From Rickettsiales bacterium (lineage in GTDB: Bacteria > Bacteroidota > Bacteroidia > Cytophagales > Cyclobacteriaceae): a stretch of 64,000 bases of DNA. Location: positions 359-64,358 of the forward strand of contig PBTY01000045.1 in the NCBI GenBank assembly GCA_002729235.1, read 5' to 3'. The notes beneath the pieces are model-generated. The model worked only from the letters and a program-made list of their open reading frames with translations. It did not search any database and was not told where the DNA came from. The position numbers and the translations under genes were made by a program. Positions 26,091-34,185 of this stretch are shown piece by piece (within the stretch, counting starts at the first letter, position 1; each line of letters opens with the position of its first letter).

Positions 26091-27378
26091 TATAGATTAG
26101 CATCAATGATTCATTGGTTACTTCTTCGTCATAGTCGCAATCTCCCTGGCTGTCCACGTAATTGGTGGTTGCAGTAATCTGGTTGTTGATGATTAGGTTG
26201 TAGAAACTGAGGTGTTTGGTTGAGTCAATACTTAGGGTCTTTTCCTGGAGCTCAAATTCACCTTCACAATCTGTGTTCCATTCACCTCCATAGTTCCTAA
26301 CAGGGTAGTTGTCAAGTACTTTTTTTAATTCATTCCCAAATTTCATGAAGAGTGAGAGGGTTTCATGTTCATAGGGGTTGGCGCGTGACATGCCCGTATA
26401 GGAAACACGGATGCCATAGGCTTCTTTATCAAAGGAGATCTGATATAGGTCAGGATCAATTCGAATTTCGTCCAGTTCCACGGCATCCGATACCCATTGA
26501 TTGCTGGCAGCGCTCTCAAAGAATCGGTGTGATACCTCTGCCAACCTTGAATCAGTCAGAACAATATGAGTGTTGAGTTCAAAATATTGCTCCGCCTCAT
26601 CTACGATTTCCGGGATGACAATGATGGTCTCATCAATGTTGTAAGGATGTTCCATAGTAGCAATCAAATTGGTCTTGATTTGCACCCAATTCAATTCCAG
26701 GTCTATCAGTGCAGTGTCTATTAAAACAAACTCATCGATGGAATCATTGATAGTGCCAGACCATATTTTTTCGAACGTTCCATCTGGAAGTAGTCGATAT
26801 ACCGTTTCTTCAATTTCTTTTGAAGTGTCCCAATATATATGGTGTACCGACAATTTCTCCTGGGAGATACGAGACATTGTCCTGGACAGGCCTTCAGCTA
26901 TTTCATCATAAGCCACCACCTGATGAGCAAGAATGGTGCCTTCTGGAGAGTAATTGATAAGAATCGACTCCATTTCATGATCACCTTTTCTGATGGTTAC
27001 CACCACCGTATGAAAGTCCGTTGATAATTGAATTCTGTAGCTGGCAATAGCCTTGTAGTTGTAGCCTACGGTATTAAAGTCAGGATAAATTTGCTCCAAC
27101 TTCAAGGCTTTAGCATCGACATGTTTGTAATCCTCTGCTTCGATAAAACTATCAAAACTAGTGATCTCCATTTGGGGTAAGCTCCTGACTTCAGTACTGG
27201 CAATGGATTTCTCAAAAGTGGGAGAAGTAGCAGTCTCTTCGACCACCATGTCCGTTGCCTCCTGAGTGGTGCTGTCTTTTTGGACAGCTACTGAGTCTGT
27301 GGTAGTTGTTTGTTTTTCCTTCGCATTCTGACCACAAGACAGGAAAAGTACGAACCCTAATAGATAGATATATTTCAT
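26062..27378 (-). CDS. Hypothetical lipoprotein
   Basis: Track ORF is 26062-27408. The ATG at 27378 gives MKYIYLLGFVLFLSCGQNAKE (lipobox), followed by a Thr/Ser/Glu-rich linker. I recognise no family. Confidence 0.55.
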   Translation of the reverse strand: MKYIYLLGFVLFLSCGQNAKEKQTTTTDSVAVQKDSTTQEATDMVVEETATSPTFEKSIASTEVRSLPQMEITSFDSFIEAEDYKHVDAKALKLEQIYPDFNTVGYNYKAIASYRIQLSTDFHTVVVTIRKGDHEMESILINYSPEGTILAHQVVAYDEIAEGLSRTMSRISQEKLSVHHIYWDTSKEIEETVYRLLPDGTFEKIWSGTINDSIDEFVLIDTALIDLELNWVQIKTNLIATMEHPYNIDETIIVIPEIVDEAEQYFELNTHIVLTDSRLAEVSHRFFESAASNQWVSDAVELDEIRIDPDLYQISFDKEAYGIRVSYTGMSRANPYEHETLSLFMKFGNELKKVLDNYPVRNYGGEWNTDCEGEFELQEKTLSIDSTKHLSFYNLIINNQITATTNYVDSQGDCDYDEEVTNESLMLIYNGNTYEHEE

Positions 27379-27394
27379 CGTTCTCTTTTTCAAA

Positions 27395-27748
27395 TTATAT
27401 GACATCAATTACCTTCTCCAGCAGGTAATGTATGATTCCAATAATCACTGCAATGACCATCATGATGACCAATCGGAGTACCGTATTCTTTGGGTTTATT
27501 GTCATCTTTTTTCTTAGGAAGAATACATCTAACAGCACAAAACATAATGCGATGGCAACCCCGATCCAAAATCCTACATAAACCAACCCAATGTCATAAA
27601 ACAAATGGAGCAGGTACCAAAACCCTTCTTCGGATGTGTCATTCGGTCCTAAGACAAGTCTCATGTACACCATACCCAGAAGGAGTGCCAACATCGACCA
27701 GGCAGCGTACGTAATGAGTTCTTTGACGATTTGAGTTTTCCTTAGCAT
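27395..27748 (-). CDS. Small polytopic membrane protein, hypothetical
   Basis: Track ORF 27395-27760 starts at TTG. The ATG at 27748 gives MLRKTQIVKELITYAAWSMLALLLGMVY... It has three to four hydrophobic segments and overlaps the stop of 27742-28368 by 7 nt. Confidence 0.5.
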   Translation of the reverse strand: MLRKTQIVKELITYAAWSMLALLLGMVYMRLVLGPNDTSEEGFWYLLHLFYDIGLVYVGFWIGVAIALCFVLLDVFFLRKKMTINPKNTVLRLVIMMVIAVIIGIIHYLLEKVIDVI

Positions 27749-28359
27749 CCTTCCTTGCAATCTATGTTCGTGGAAATGATACTTCTGATACTATCCTCTC
27801 GTACAAATTCGCCTTCATGGAAAAAATCGATTACTGCACAGTATGATATAGAGTCTGTTTTACACGTATCATAATAAATTTCAGCCAACCGATACTGGGT
27901 GTACATGCCTAATTCTTCCGAAACAAAACCACCAATGTCTTCTTCGTTATCCAGGAAATAGGCAGTGCCGGCATCCTGGAAAATGTTGAAGGCAAAATTT
28001 TTAGTGTACTCATAAAAATAGACGGATGGTTGAGTACTGTTGTAAGTGAGTGTTTTGCCTGTATGAGGCCTGGCATTCATGTGTTCGATCAGTTTTTTTT
28101 GAATCGCCTGGTAAACAAGATCGGGTTCTTTGACCGGGTTTTTCAACAGGTACAGGTTTAGATAGACTTTCGATTGGATGAACTCCATCTTTTTGAAAAA
28201 GAGGTGGTTGATGGTGAGTGTGAGAACACACGTGGCTAGTAAAGCAAATAATACCGCAAACCTCTTTTTGCTTGCCAGAGTCCACCTGATTAGTCTGAAA
28301 GCTAAAAACAAAAAGCCTATAAGTAAGAGAACCAAAAAAGAGATGATTATTACTTCCAT
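27742..28359 (-). CDS. Membrane-anchored hypothetical protein (two N-terminal TM segments plus a soluble Cys-containing domain)
   Basis: Track ORF 27742-28368 starts at TTG. The ATG at 28359 gives MEVIIISFLVLLLIGFLFLAF...FAVLFALLATCVLTLTINHLFF. The C-terminal domain ends ...YCAVIDFFHEGEFVREDSIRSIISTNIDCKEGC. Confidence 0.5.
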   Translation of the reverse strand: MEVIIISFLVLLLIGFLFLAFRLIRWTLASKKRFAVLFALLATCVLTLTINHLFFKKMEFIQSKVYLNLYLLKNPVKEPDLVYQAIQKKLIEHMNARPHTGKTLTYNSTQPSVYFYEYTKNFAFNIFQDAGTAYFLDNEEDIGGFVSEELGMYTQYRLAEIYYDTCKTDSISYCAVIDFFHEGEFVREDSIRSIISTNIDCKEGC

Positions 28360-28561
28360 GCTTTTCAATCAAAAAGTCAAGTGTCTAACGGTGTTGCTGG
28401 TATAAGAGGGCAAACTAGTTTAAAAATGACTTAATTCGATTACCAATGAAAAGTGAATGTCTATTCGTTAGGTTGCAATCCAGATGTGAGGAGTTTCAGC
28501 CAATAAGCGTTTTGGCAAAAGAGAAAGAACTGATAGAAGGGTAGTGGGTTGTGTGATTGCC

Positions 28562-29206
28562 TCAAAGCAATGTCTTTGCGTCGGCAATTAATTGGTTGAC
28601 AGAAGATTTGTTGAGTCCATTGTAAATACCTCTGATCCGCTTATTCTGATCTATGAGCACAAAGTTTTCGGTATGAATGAAGTCCTCCGGGTCTTTGTCT
28701 AGCCCAAGGTCTTCTTCAATGAAGTATTGATTGCGCCCAAGGTCGTAAATCATGGTTTGTTCTCCGGTTAAAAGGTGCCACTTTTTAGAGCTAATACCTT
28801 GTCGTTCGGCGTATTTCTTCAAAACCGACACGCTATCGTAATCAGGTGTTACAGAATGTGAGTATATCTGAAGGTTATTCTCTTGTTCGAAGGCCTCCTG
28901 AACCAATTTCATGTTATCGGTCATTTTGGGACAGATTCCCGGGCAGGAAGTGAAAAAGAAATTGACCACAGTCACTTTTCCACTTAGGTTTTGATCGGTA
29001 ATTGTATCACCTGACTGGTCAATCAACGAAAAAGGAGGGATCTGATGAAAGGTACTGGTGATCTCGAATGAATCAGACCACTTAGGAGTAAATGTGGCTT
29101 CATCAAAGTAAGGAAGTTCGTCTACTCGACTAGATGATGTCTTGCTGTCATTGCAAGACATCAATAGAGCTGAAAATGCCAATAAATGGAGAATGCTACT
29201 CTTCAT
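28562..29206 (-). CDS. SCO1/SenC-family thioredoxin-fold copper chaperone
   Basis: Track ORF is 28562-29233. The ATG at 29206 gives MKSSILHLLAFSALLMSCNDS (lipobox). The CxxxC motif is in VVNFFFTSCPGICPKM, and the downstream segment is IYSHSVTPDYDSV. Confidence 0.8.
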   Translation of the reverse strand: MKSSILHLLAFSALLMSCNDSKTSSSRVDELPYFDEATFTPKWSDSFEITSTFHQIPPFSLIDQSGDTITDQNLSGKVTVVNFFFTSCPGICPKMTDNMKLVQEAFEQENNLQIYSHSVTPDYDSVSVLKKYAERQGISSKKWHLLTGEQTMIYDLGRNQYFIEEDLGLDKDPEDFIHTENFVLIDQNKRIRGIYNGLNKSSVNQLIADAKTLL

Positions 29207-29843
29207 TGTTGATTTTTTGATCCACCACTTCATAGCATAAGTTTGAGCGTTTTAGCCCGAATGTGCGACCATTCCGAGCTTCATAGTTGGCATACAGTGC
29301 TCCATTTTTACGGAAGGCCTGCTGTAGTCCATCTTCAACTCCCATGTTCAGCTGCATTACTTTGTGAATTTCGCCAGTATCATACCATTTCTTTTGAGTC
29401 CCATGGAGCTTGCCATCCTTATACTGCAAATGGGCTAATAGCTGTTGGTTGGAATCCCATCTTTTGGATGCTCCATTCAAACGATTATTGGAGTAGGTCT
29501 GGAGAAATTTTGGTTGGCCGTCAGGATAATAACTCCATTGGGCTCCAAATTTTTCGCCAGCAATCACTCCGAATTTCTCAGCCAATACATTCTTGCGATG
29601 ATAGCTTAGTACATATCCATTGATCAACGAAGAATCGTGTTTAGCACGCCAAAGACTCGTTGATTTATCCAGATATACATCCTCACTTTTCCAATAGACA
29701 TCAGCTATTGATTCTGGAAAGTAATTATCCTCTTTATTTTCTTCTCTAGAATCATGACGCATTATCGCATACCCAAACAGTACAAAAGCTACACTGAGTA
29801 GACTTGTGATTTTGAATAGGGTAGAAATTCGGAGTACTGGCAT
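29196..29843 (-). CDS. MORN-variant repeat protein (YwqK-family annotation type)
   Basis: 215 aa. N-terminal anchor LFKITSLLSVAFVLFGYAIM. Repeats include GYVLSYHRKNVLAEKFGVIAGEKFGAQWSYYPDGQPKFLQTYSNNRLNGASKRWDSNQQLLAHLQYKDGKLHGTQKKWYDTGE. Confidence 0.7.
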   Translation of the reverse strand: MPVLRISTLFKITSLLSVAFVLFGYAIMRHDSREENKEDNYFPESIADVYWKSEDVYLDKSTSLWRAKHDSSLINGYVLSYHRKNVLAEKFGVIAGEKFGAQWSYYPDGQPKFLQTYSNNRLNGASKRWDSNQQLLAHLQYKDGKLHGTQKKWYDTGEIHKVMQLNMGVEDGLQQAFRKNGALYANYEARNGRTFGLKRSNLCYEVVDQKINNEE

Positions 29844-29854
29844 ATTGATAATCG

Positions 29855-30628
29855 TTACATAATGGTGCTTGGAGTTCCTTGCAGGGCCACACCAAAAAGT
29901 AGATAGTATTGATTGAGGTAGATTTCGTTGACTATGTGATAATGATAGAAGGCCTCAGAAACGTGCTGTGTGGTAGAATAATGTCCGTTGGATTCATCGC
30001 CGTCCGTAGGATAATCACCGGTGGAGTTGCACTTACGACCATAGATCAAAAAGCCGTCAGACATAATTCCCAGCAACTTGTCATCATCGACGGTCAAAGT
30101 GGAAGTCTCCCCAACATCACGAGATTCAACATGGTAATGATAACCCGTAGGTCCATTGTGTCCACCAGCCCAGTCAAATCCTGAGGCTGTACCTTCAGTT
30201 ACATCGGTCGGGCCTTCTGACTGATTGTAAATGGGAACACCTGTTACAGAGATTCCGATAGCCCCTAGTCCGGTTTCTGTCGTTTGAGCTGCCAGGGTAG
30301 GAGCGGAGGATACAGTCAGTGTGTAGCTGAGCTCTGTGATAAATCCAGGTGAGATGTAATTCTCCGCCGCAACAATAGGCTCAATGTAGAGTGAACTAGT
30401 ATCCTTCCAATAAGGAGAAGTGTGATTAGGTAAGGCACTGGATGTAATGATGATATCATCACCACTGAATGATATGCTTACCGCTTTCTCGTTAAATTCA
30501 TCAAATGCAGAAGTGGGAGTGCTGATCGCTTCTCCAGACGTATTGTCGTCATCTTCCAGGGTTACATCATTGGATTCAGAACACCCGTAGGTTAAGGCCA
30601 ATCCAATAAGCCAAATCTGTTTTTTCAT
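29855..30628 (-). CDS. YHYH-motif domain lipoprotein
   Basis: Track ORF is 29855-30637. The ATG at 30628 gives MKKQIWLIGLALTYGCSESN (lipobox). There are two YHYH motifs: GGHNGPTGYHYHVE and EAFYHYHIV. Confidence 0.75.
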   Translation of the reverse strand: MKKQIWLIGLALTYGCSESNDVTLEDDDNTSGEAISTPTSAFDEFNEKAVSISFSGDDIIITSSALPNHTSPYWKDTSSLYIEPIVAAENYISPGFITELSYTLTVSSAPTLAAQTTETGLGAIGISVTGVPIYNQSEGPTDVTEGTASGFDWAGGHNGPTGYHYHVESRDVGETSTLTVDDDKLLGIMSDGFLIYGRKCNSTGDYPTDGDESNGHYSTTQHVSEAFYHYHIVNEIYLNQYYLLFGVALQGTPSTIM

Positions 30629-30856
30629 ATCACACATAGTTATTGATGATGATACAACGGGATGACTCGCAAATACCCCACTTTAGACTTGAATGGTAAT
30701 TATGAGCTGGTAGTTGGAAAGATTCTATTAACCCCTTTGTATTGACTTTTAGGGATATCAACATCCCTTGTTTGATTTGATGAGGATGTTAGCATCAGAA
30801 AAATGGGTGAAATCAGTCTCTTCATAAAGATTAGTCGCATTTATGGCTAGTTATTT

Positions 30857-31306
30857 TTACTTCAATCTCTTTTCAAAACAGATGCTCATTGGCATGTGTG
30901 CATACTGCCCGTAGTTAGGAATTCGCCGATAATTCAGTTTGGTATAGAGACCAATTGCCTCTGTTTGTGCTGTTCCGGTCTCCAATACTGTTTTGGCAAA
31001 ACCCAGTTCTTGAGCCCAGTTTTCTAGTTCTCTCAGTACGGCTTTGGATATTCCTTTGCCACGAAATGAGTGTTTCACAAACATGCGCTTGATTTCAACA
31101 GCATCTTTTCCGTAAGTTTTGAAACAGCCACAGCCTGCGGGCTGATCGTCGACATAGGCAACCAGGACATGATCAATGGAATCTACCTTATTGTATTGAT
31201 CGTATTCATCCTGATCTTCAGGGTATCGACCTCTTAGATCTTCGTCCAGTTGTTTGATTAGTGTTTGAAAGTCTTCGTTGGTGTGATTCGTTCTCTTGAG
31301 GTTCAT
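30857..31306 (-). CDS. GNAT-family N-acetyltransferase
   Basis: Track ORF is 30857-31375. The likely start is MNLKRTNHTNEDF at 31306. The acetyl-CoA motif is in MFVKHSFRGKGISKAVLRELENWA, and the C-terminal segment is AIGLYTKLNYRRI. Confidence 0.8.
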   Translation of the reverse strand: MNLKRTNHTNEDFQTLIKQLDEDLRGRYPEDQDEYDQYNKVDSIDHVLVAYVDDQPAGCGCFKTYGKDAVEIKRMFVKHSFRGKGISKAVLRELENWAQELGFAKTVLETGTAQTEAIGLYTKLNYRRIPNYGQYAHMPMSICFEKRLK

Positions 31307-31381
31307 GGTGAGGTAAATATCCATGATTCTGACAAAAACGTTTGGAATCACTTGAAAATTTTGGTTAATGAGCAAGTCGCA

Positions 31382-33370
31382 TCAAACATTGAGAAGGTAT
31401 TCTCTGATATTTTCTTCCGTACTTAGTTCTAGCTTTTTTTTGAGCCGATTGATCTTGCTTTTGACTGAGCCAAGTGTAAGGTGCGTCACATTCGCAATTT
31501 CCTTGTTGCTCATGCCGATCTTGATGTAGGCACTCAGTTTCAAGTCATTGATGGTGATAGAAGAACTCTTCTTTTTGAGGTTTTCGAAGAATCCTGGATG
31601 CACATCTTCAAAACGATGTACAAAACTATCCCAACTCTTATCAAGCGAATAGCTATCCCCAATCATCTTTCGCAGATCTTTTACGGTTGATTTAAGATCA
31701 TCTTCAGCGCTTAGATTAGAGATCTTCTCATTGAGGATGTTCAGGATGTTGTTCTTTTCATGCTGAGACATGGTGGCGGCGGCCAACGCACGATCCTTAG
31801 TGGCAATAGTTTCTTCTGAGATCTGACGTTCCTTATCTCGCAATGACAGTAGAGCCTCGTTCCGCTCTTTCAACAACCGATTGGATTTGGATTTTAGGTT
31901 GTTGGAGTATTGAATCAAAAGCGAAATGGCGCTCACGATAATCACCGTAATGATTAAAACGATCTGAATAACTTTTTGATTTTTAGACTCTTCCAGTCGC
32001 TCAAATTCTTGATTTTTCGCTAATTCTTTCCGTCGGGCATTTTCTAGTTCTAGATGATTTTGATATTCCAGGCGAGCAATTTCCAGGGCATGATCTTCGC
32101 TAAATAGCTTTGCTTTCTCCTCATTCATTAGTTCCAGATAGTGGAGCGCTTTACTGGATTGATTCATCGCTTTGTAAGCCCCATAGAGAATTTCGTATCT
32201 CGCGGCAAGATTATTCACGGATTCTGAAAACTCTGGTGAATCCATGGACTCACTAGCGTAGCTAATCGCTTTTTCATAGTCTCCCATCTCCAAATAAACC
32301 CGAGCTTTCCCTCTTAGATTACCCCATTGGGTGCCTTTAAGGGTTTTTGCATAGTCAATAGCCAGATCGTAAGAGTCTAAGGCTTTTTGGTATTCCATCT
32401 GGTGGAGATGATAGGAGCCAAGTAGATAATAAGCTTCAGAGATACCTTTTTTGTAATTCGTTGGGAGCAGGGCTTCCAGAGATTTGTCCAGATAGTATTT
32501 GGAACTGTCGCTTTGGTTGATACCCATTTGCGCCTCGGCAAGCCCGATATAAACCATTCCTAATGTTGCTGGAGAACTTTCTATGGTATAGTAATCTAAT
32601 AGATCTTGAAACAAGTCAATTGCTCCAGAGTAATCATGAAGTCGGATGTAGTACCTGGCCAGATTGAGTTTAGTGCTATTTAATATGGATTGATTACCTG
32701 CTTTTTCTGAGGCCCGAATAGCTTCCTGAAAATGCTCAAAAGCTTTGATAGGCTGTTGATTGTCGGCGTAGAGTGTAGCTAAGTTTCGATGATTGTACGC
32801 TACTCCTAGAGTATCATTGGCAAGAATGGCATGTTCCAGACTCAGGGAGTAACAGGTGAGGGCTGAATCAATGTTTTTCTCTTCCTGATATAACAGGGCC
32901 AGATTATTGTAATTGAAGGCAGCACCCTGATGATCATTGAATCGATCGTATAATTGTATGCTAATGAAATGTGCTTCTTTGGCCTCGATGTGTTTACCGA
33001 CTTTCATGAGAGAAATCCCCATATCGTTGATAGCACGCGCTAGCCAAATAGTAGCTTGTTTTGATAAATCACGATCGCCCAGTGTTCGCAATGGACTATA
33101 AGCCTCAACTGAATGTTCATAATCATTGATCATGAGGAAATAGTCCCCGTGAAGTTTATGATAAAAAATTAATTGGCTTTTGGTATAACTATTTAAATCT
33201 TGCTCCTGGGTTTGTTGAAGCATCTCGTAGGCCAGCCTGGTAGAGTCTAAATCCAGAAGAGAGTCAATTTTAAACAAATATTCATCAATCGACTGGCCTG
33301 TTTGGGCAGTAGTTGTGTTCAATACAAACACCGAGAGAATTCCGATAATACATTTTAATCTGCTAACCAC
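31382..33370 (-). CDS. TPR-repeat membrane-spanning regulator with a C-terminal LuxR-type HTH
   Basis: 662 aa with a GTG start at 33370. Signal MVSRLKCIIGILSVFVLNTTTAQ. Many TPR-like repeats (...AFNYNNLALLYQEEKNIDSALTCY...). Coiled coil followed by TM segment VIQIVLIITVIIVSAISLLI. LuxR HTH is LKLSAYIKIGMSNKEIANVTHLTLGSVKSKINRLKKKL. Confidence 0.8.
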   Translation of the reverse strand: MVSRLKCIIGILSVFVLNTTTAQTGQSIDEYLFKIDSLLDLDSTRLAYEMLQQTQEQDLNSYTKSQLIFYHKLHGDYFLMINDYEHSVEAYSPLRTLGDRDLSKQATIWLARAINDMGISLMKVGKHIEAKEAHFISIQLYDRFNDHQGAAFNYNNLALLYQEEKNIDSALTCYSLSLEHAILANDTLGVAYNHRNLATLYADNQQPIKAFEHFQEAIRASEKAGNQSILNSTKLNLARYYIRLHDYSGAIDLFQDLLDYYTIESSPATLGMVYIGLAEAQMGINQSDSSKYYLDKSLEALLPTNYKKGISEAYYLLGSYHLHQMEYQKALDSYDLAIDYAKTLKGTQWGNLRGKARVYLEMGDYEKAISYASESMDSPEFSESVNNLAARYEILYGAYKAMNQSSKALHYLELMNEEKAKLFSEDHALEIARLEYQNHLELENARRKELAKNQEFERLEESKNQKVIQIVLIITVIIVSAISLLIQYSNNLKSKSNRLLKERNEALLSLRDKERQISEETIATKDRALAAATMSQHEKNNILNILNEKISNLSAEDDLKSTVKDLRKMIGDSYSLDKSWDSFVHRFEDVHPGFFENLKKKSSSITINDLKLSAYIKIGMSNKEIANVTHLTLGSVKSKINRLKKKLELSTEENIREYLLNV

Positions 33371-33526
33371 CGAGCTAATAGTATGTCTGCTATTTTGTTA
33401 TCCTATGTCAATCAGATTGCTAATACAGCTGCTTTTGAAGCATTCCGTGCTAACTGAAATCAATTCTTTTTTGTTGATGCTAACCATATGCTAACCCCTA
33501 AAATTTTCAAAAAATGGGCGTTAGCG
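33363..33526. promoter_or_regulatory. Array of seven (T)GCTAA(C/T) motifs at and upstream of the TPR-LuxR start codon
   Basis: GCTAAC or GCTAAT occurs at 33363, 33375, 33420, 33450, 33480 and 33491. An inverted copy, GTTAGC, is at 33521. Four copies share the extended form TGCTAAC. Confidence 0.45.
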
Positions 33527-33596
33527 GCATCTTCGCCTTGAGCTTTTAGAAGCATGGCGGTTTCTTAACATAAGCTCGTAAATGTGTTGCGGTGAT

Positions 33597-33639
33597 AGGT
33601 TCCGGAGGATAGAAGGTTCTCCGGAGCTTATTCTTTTCA
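33597..33639 (+). terminator. Plus-strand terminator-like hairpin with no upstream plus-strand ORF (possible sRNA 3' end)
   Basis: TAGGTTCCGGAG (33597-33608), an 11-nt loop, CTCCGGAGCTTA (33620-33631). The stem is 12 bp including two G-U pairs and is followed by TTCTTTTC. The sequence 5' of the hairpin is not A-rich, so it does not read as a minus-strand terminator. Confidence 0.4.
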
Positions 33640-33830
33640 AAATTAAAAAAAGAAATTCAAAATCGTCTAGGGCCCATTTTAATAGAAGTGGATAAGGTAA
33701 TCATCAAATTATTAAGATATTCCCATTTCGGTTAAAATGTTGACGATACTTCAGGAAGGGATTATGTGGCAGACGGTCAGATACCCTTTCGTGAAGTATA
33801 CAAAATAACCTATCCTAATCAGCCTAACTA

Positions 33831-33860
33831 AAAAAAGCGACCATTGAGGTCGCTTTTTTG
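33831..33860. terminator. Bidirectional rho-independent terminator downstream of the CsbD-like gene
   Basis: AAAAAAA-GCGACC-attga-GGTCGC-TTTTTT, read directly. Confidence 0.65.
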
Positions 33861-33915
33861 ATGATAACTCATCATCAGTTTGAGAATTCAATCTCTGAGC
33901 ACAAGGTGATATCTT

Positions 33916-34098
33916 TTATAGCTCTTCTATTTCTGCTTTCAATTCTTCTTTGGTTTTACCTGTTTTCTTTTGAAGTGTACCGAGAAGCTCATCTGCTTTA
34001 CCTTCTGCATAAGTCAAGTCATCATCGGTAAGGTCACCATATTTCATTTTTAGCTTTCCTTTTACTTCGTTCCAGGTTCCTTTATATTCTAAGTTCAT
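33916..34098 (-). CDS. CsbD-family general stress protein
   Basis: 60 aa. [60 protein letters not shown] matches the CsbD pattern (W..vKGk.K...G.lTdDdl....Gk...l.G.iQ...G). Confidence 0.8.
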   Translation of the reverse strand: MNLEYKGTWNEVKGKLKMKYGDLTDDDLTYAEGKADELLGTLQKKTGKTKEELKAEIEEL

Positions 34099-34185
34099 AG
34101 TGTATCGTTTATTGTTAAAAGTTATTAATAGAACACGCCAACGAGCTTTTTGTTTAGATTATTCATAAAATAACTCATACCTCTT

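Noticed and set aside
28010-28372. 120-aa ORF overlapping gene 27742-28359 on the same strand in another frame.
   Set aside because: The alternative frame, 27742-28368, has coherent TM segments and operon coupling. The 120-aa translation is low-complexity (His/Gln/Ser/Thr-rich) and has no signal.
29196-29843. Reading the MORN/YwqK-family protein as the antitoxin of a toxin-antitoxin or polymorphic-toxin system.
   Set aside because: No toxin-like gene (nuclease, deaminase or LXG/Rhs-type) is adjacent. Both neighbours are metal-related lipoproteins. The family name alone is not evidence.
33583-33696. 37-codon plus-strand ORF (MCCGDRFRRIEGSPELILFKIKKRNSKSSRAHFNRSG) in the long non-coding region.
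   Set aside because: It is short, highly basic and low-complexity, and it runs straight through the terminator-like hairpin. More likely it is non-coding sequence, possibly part of an sRNA.
33831-33860. Two terminators (33831-33860 and 41633-41665) share the string AAAAAAAGCGACCA...GGTCGCTTT. I considered them as copies of a dispersed repeat element.
   Set aside because: The shared part is only the short stem plus A/T runs. The loops and flanks differ. Such GC-clamp stems recur by chance among intrinsic terminators.
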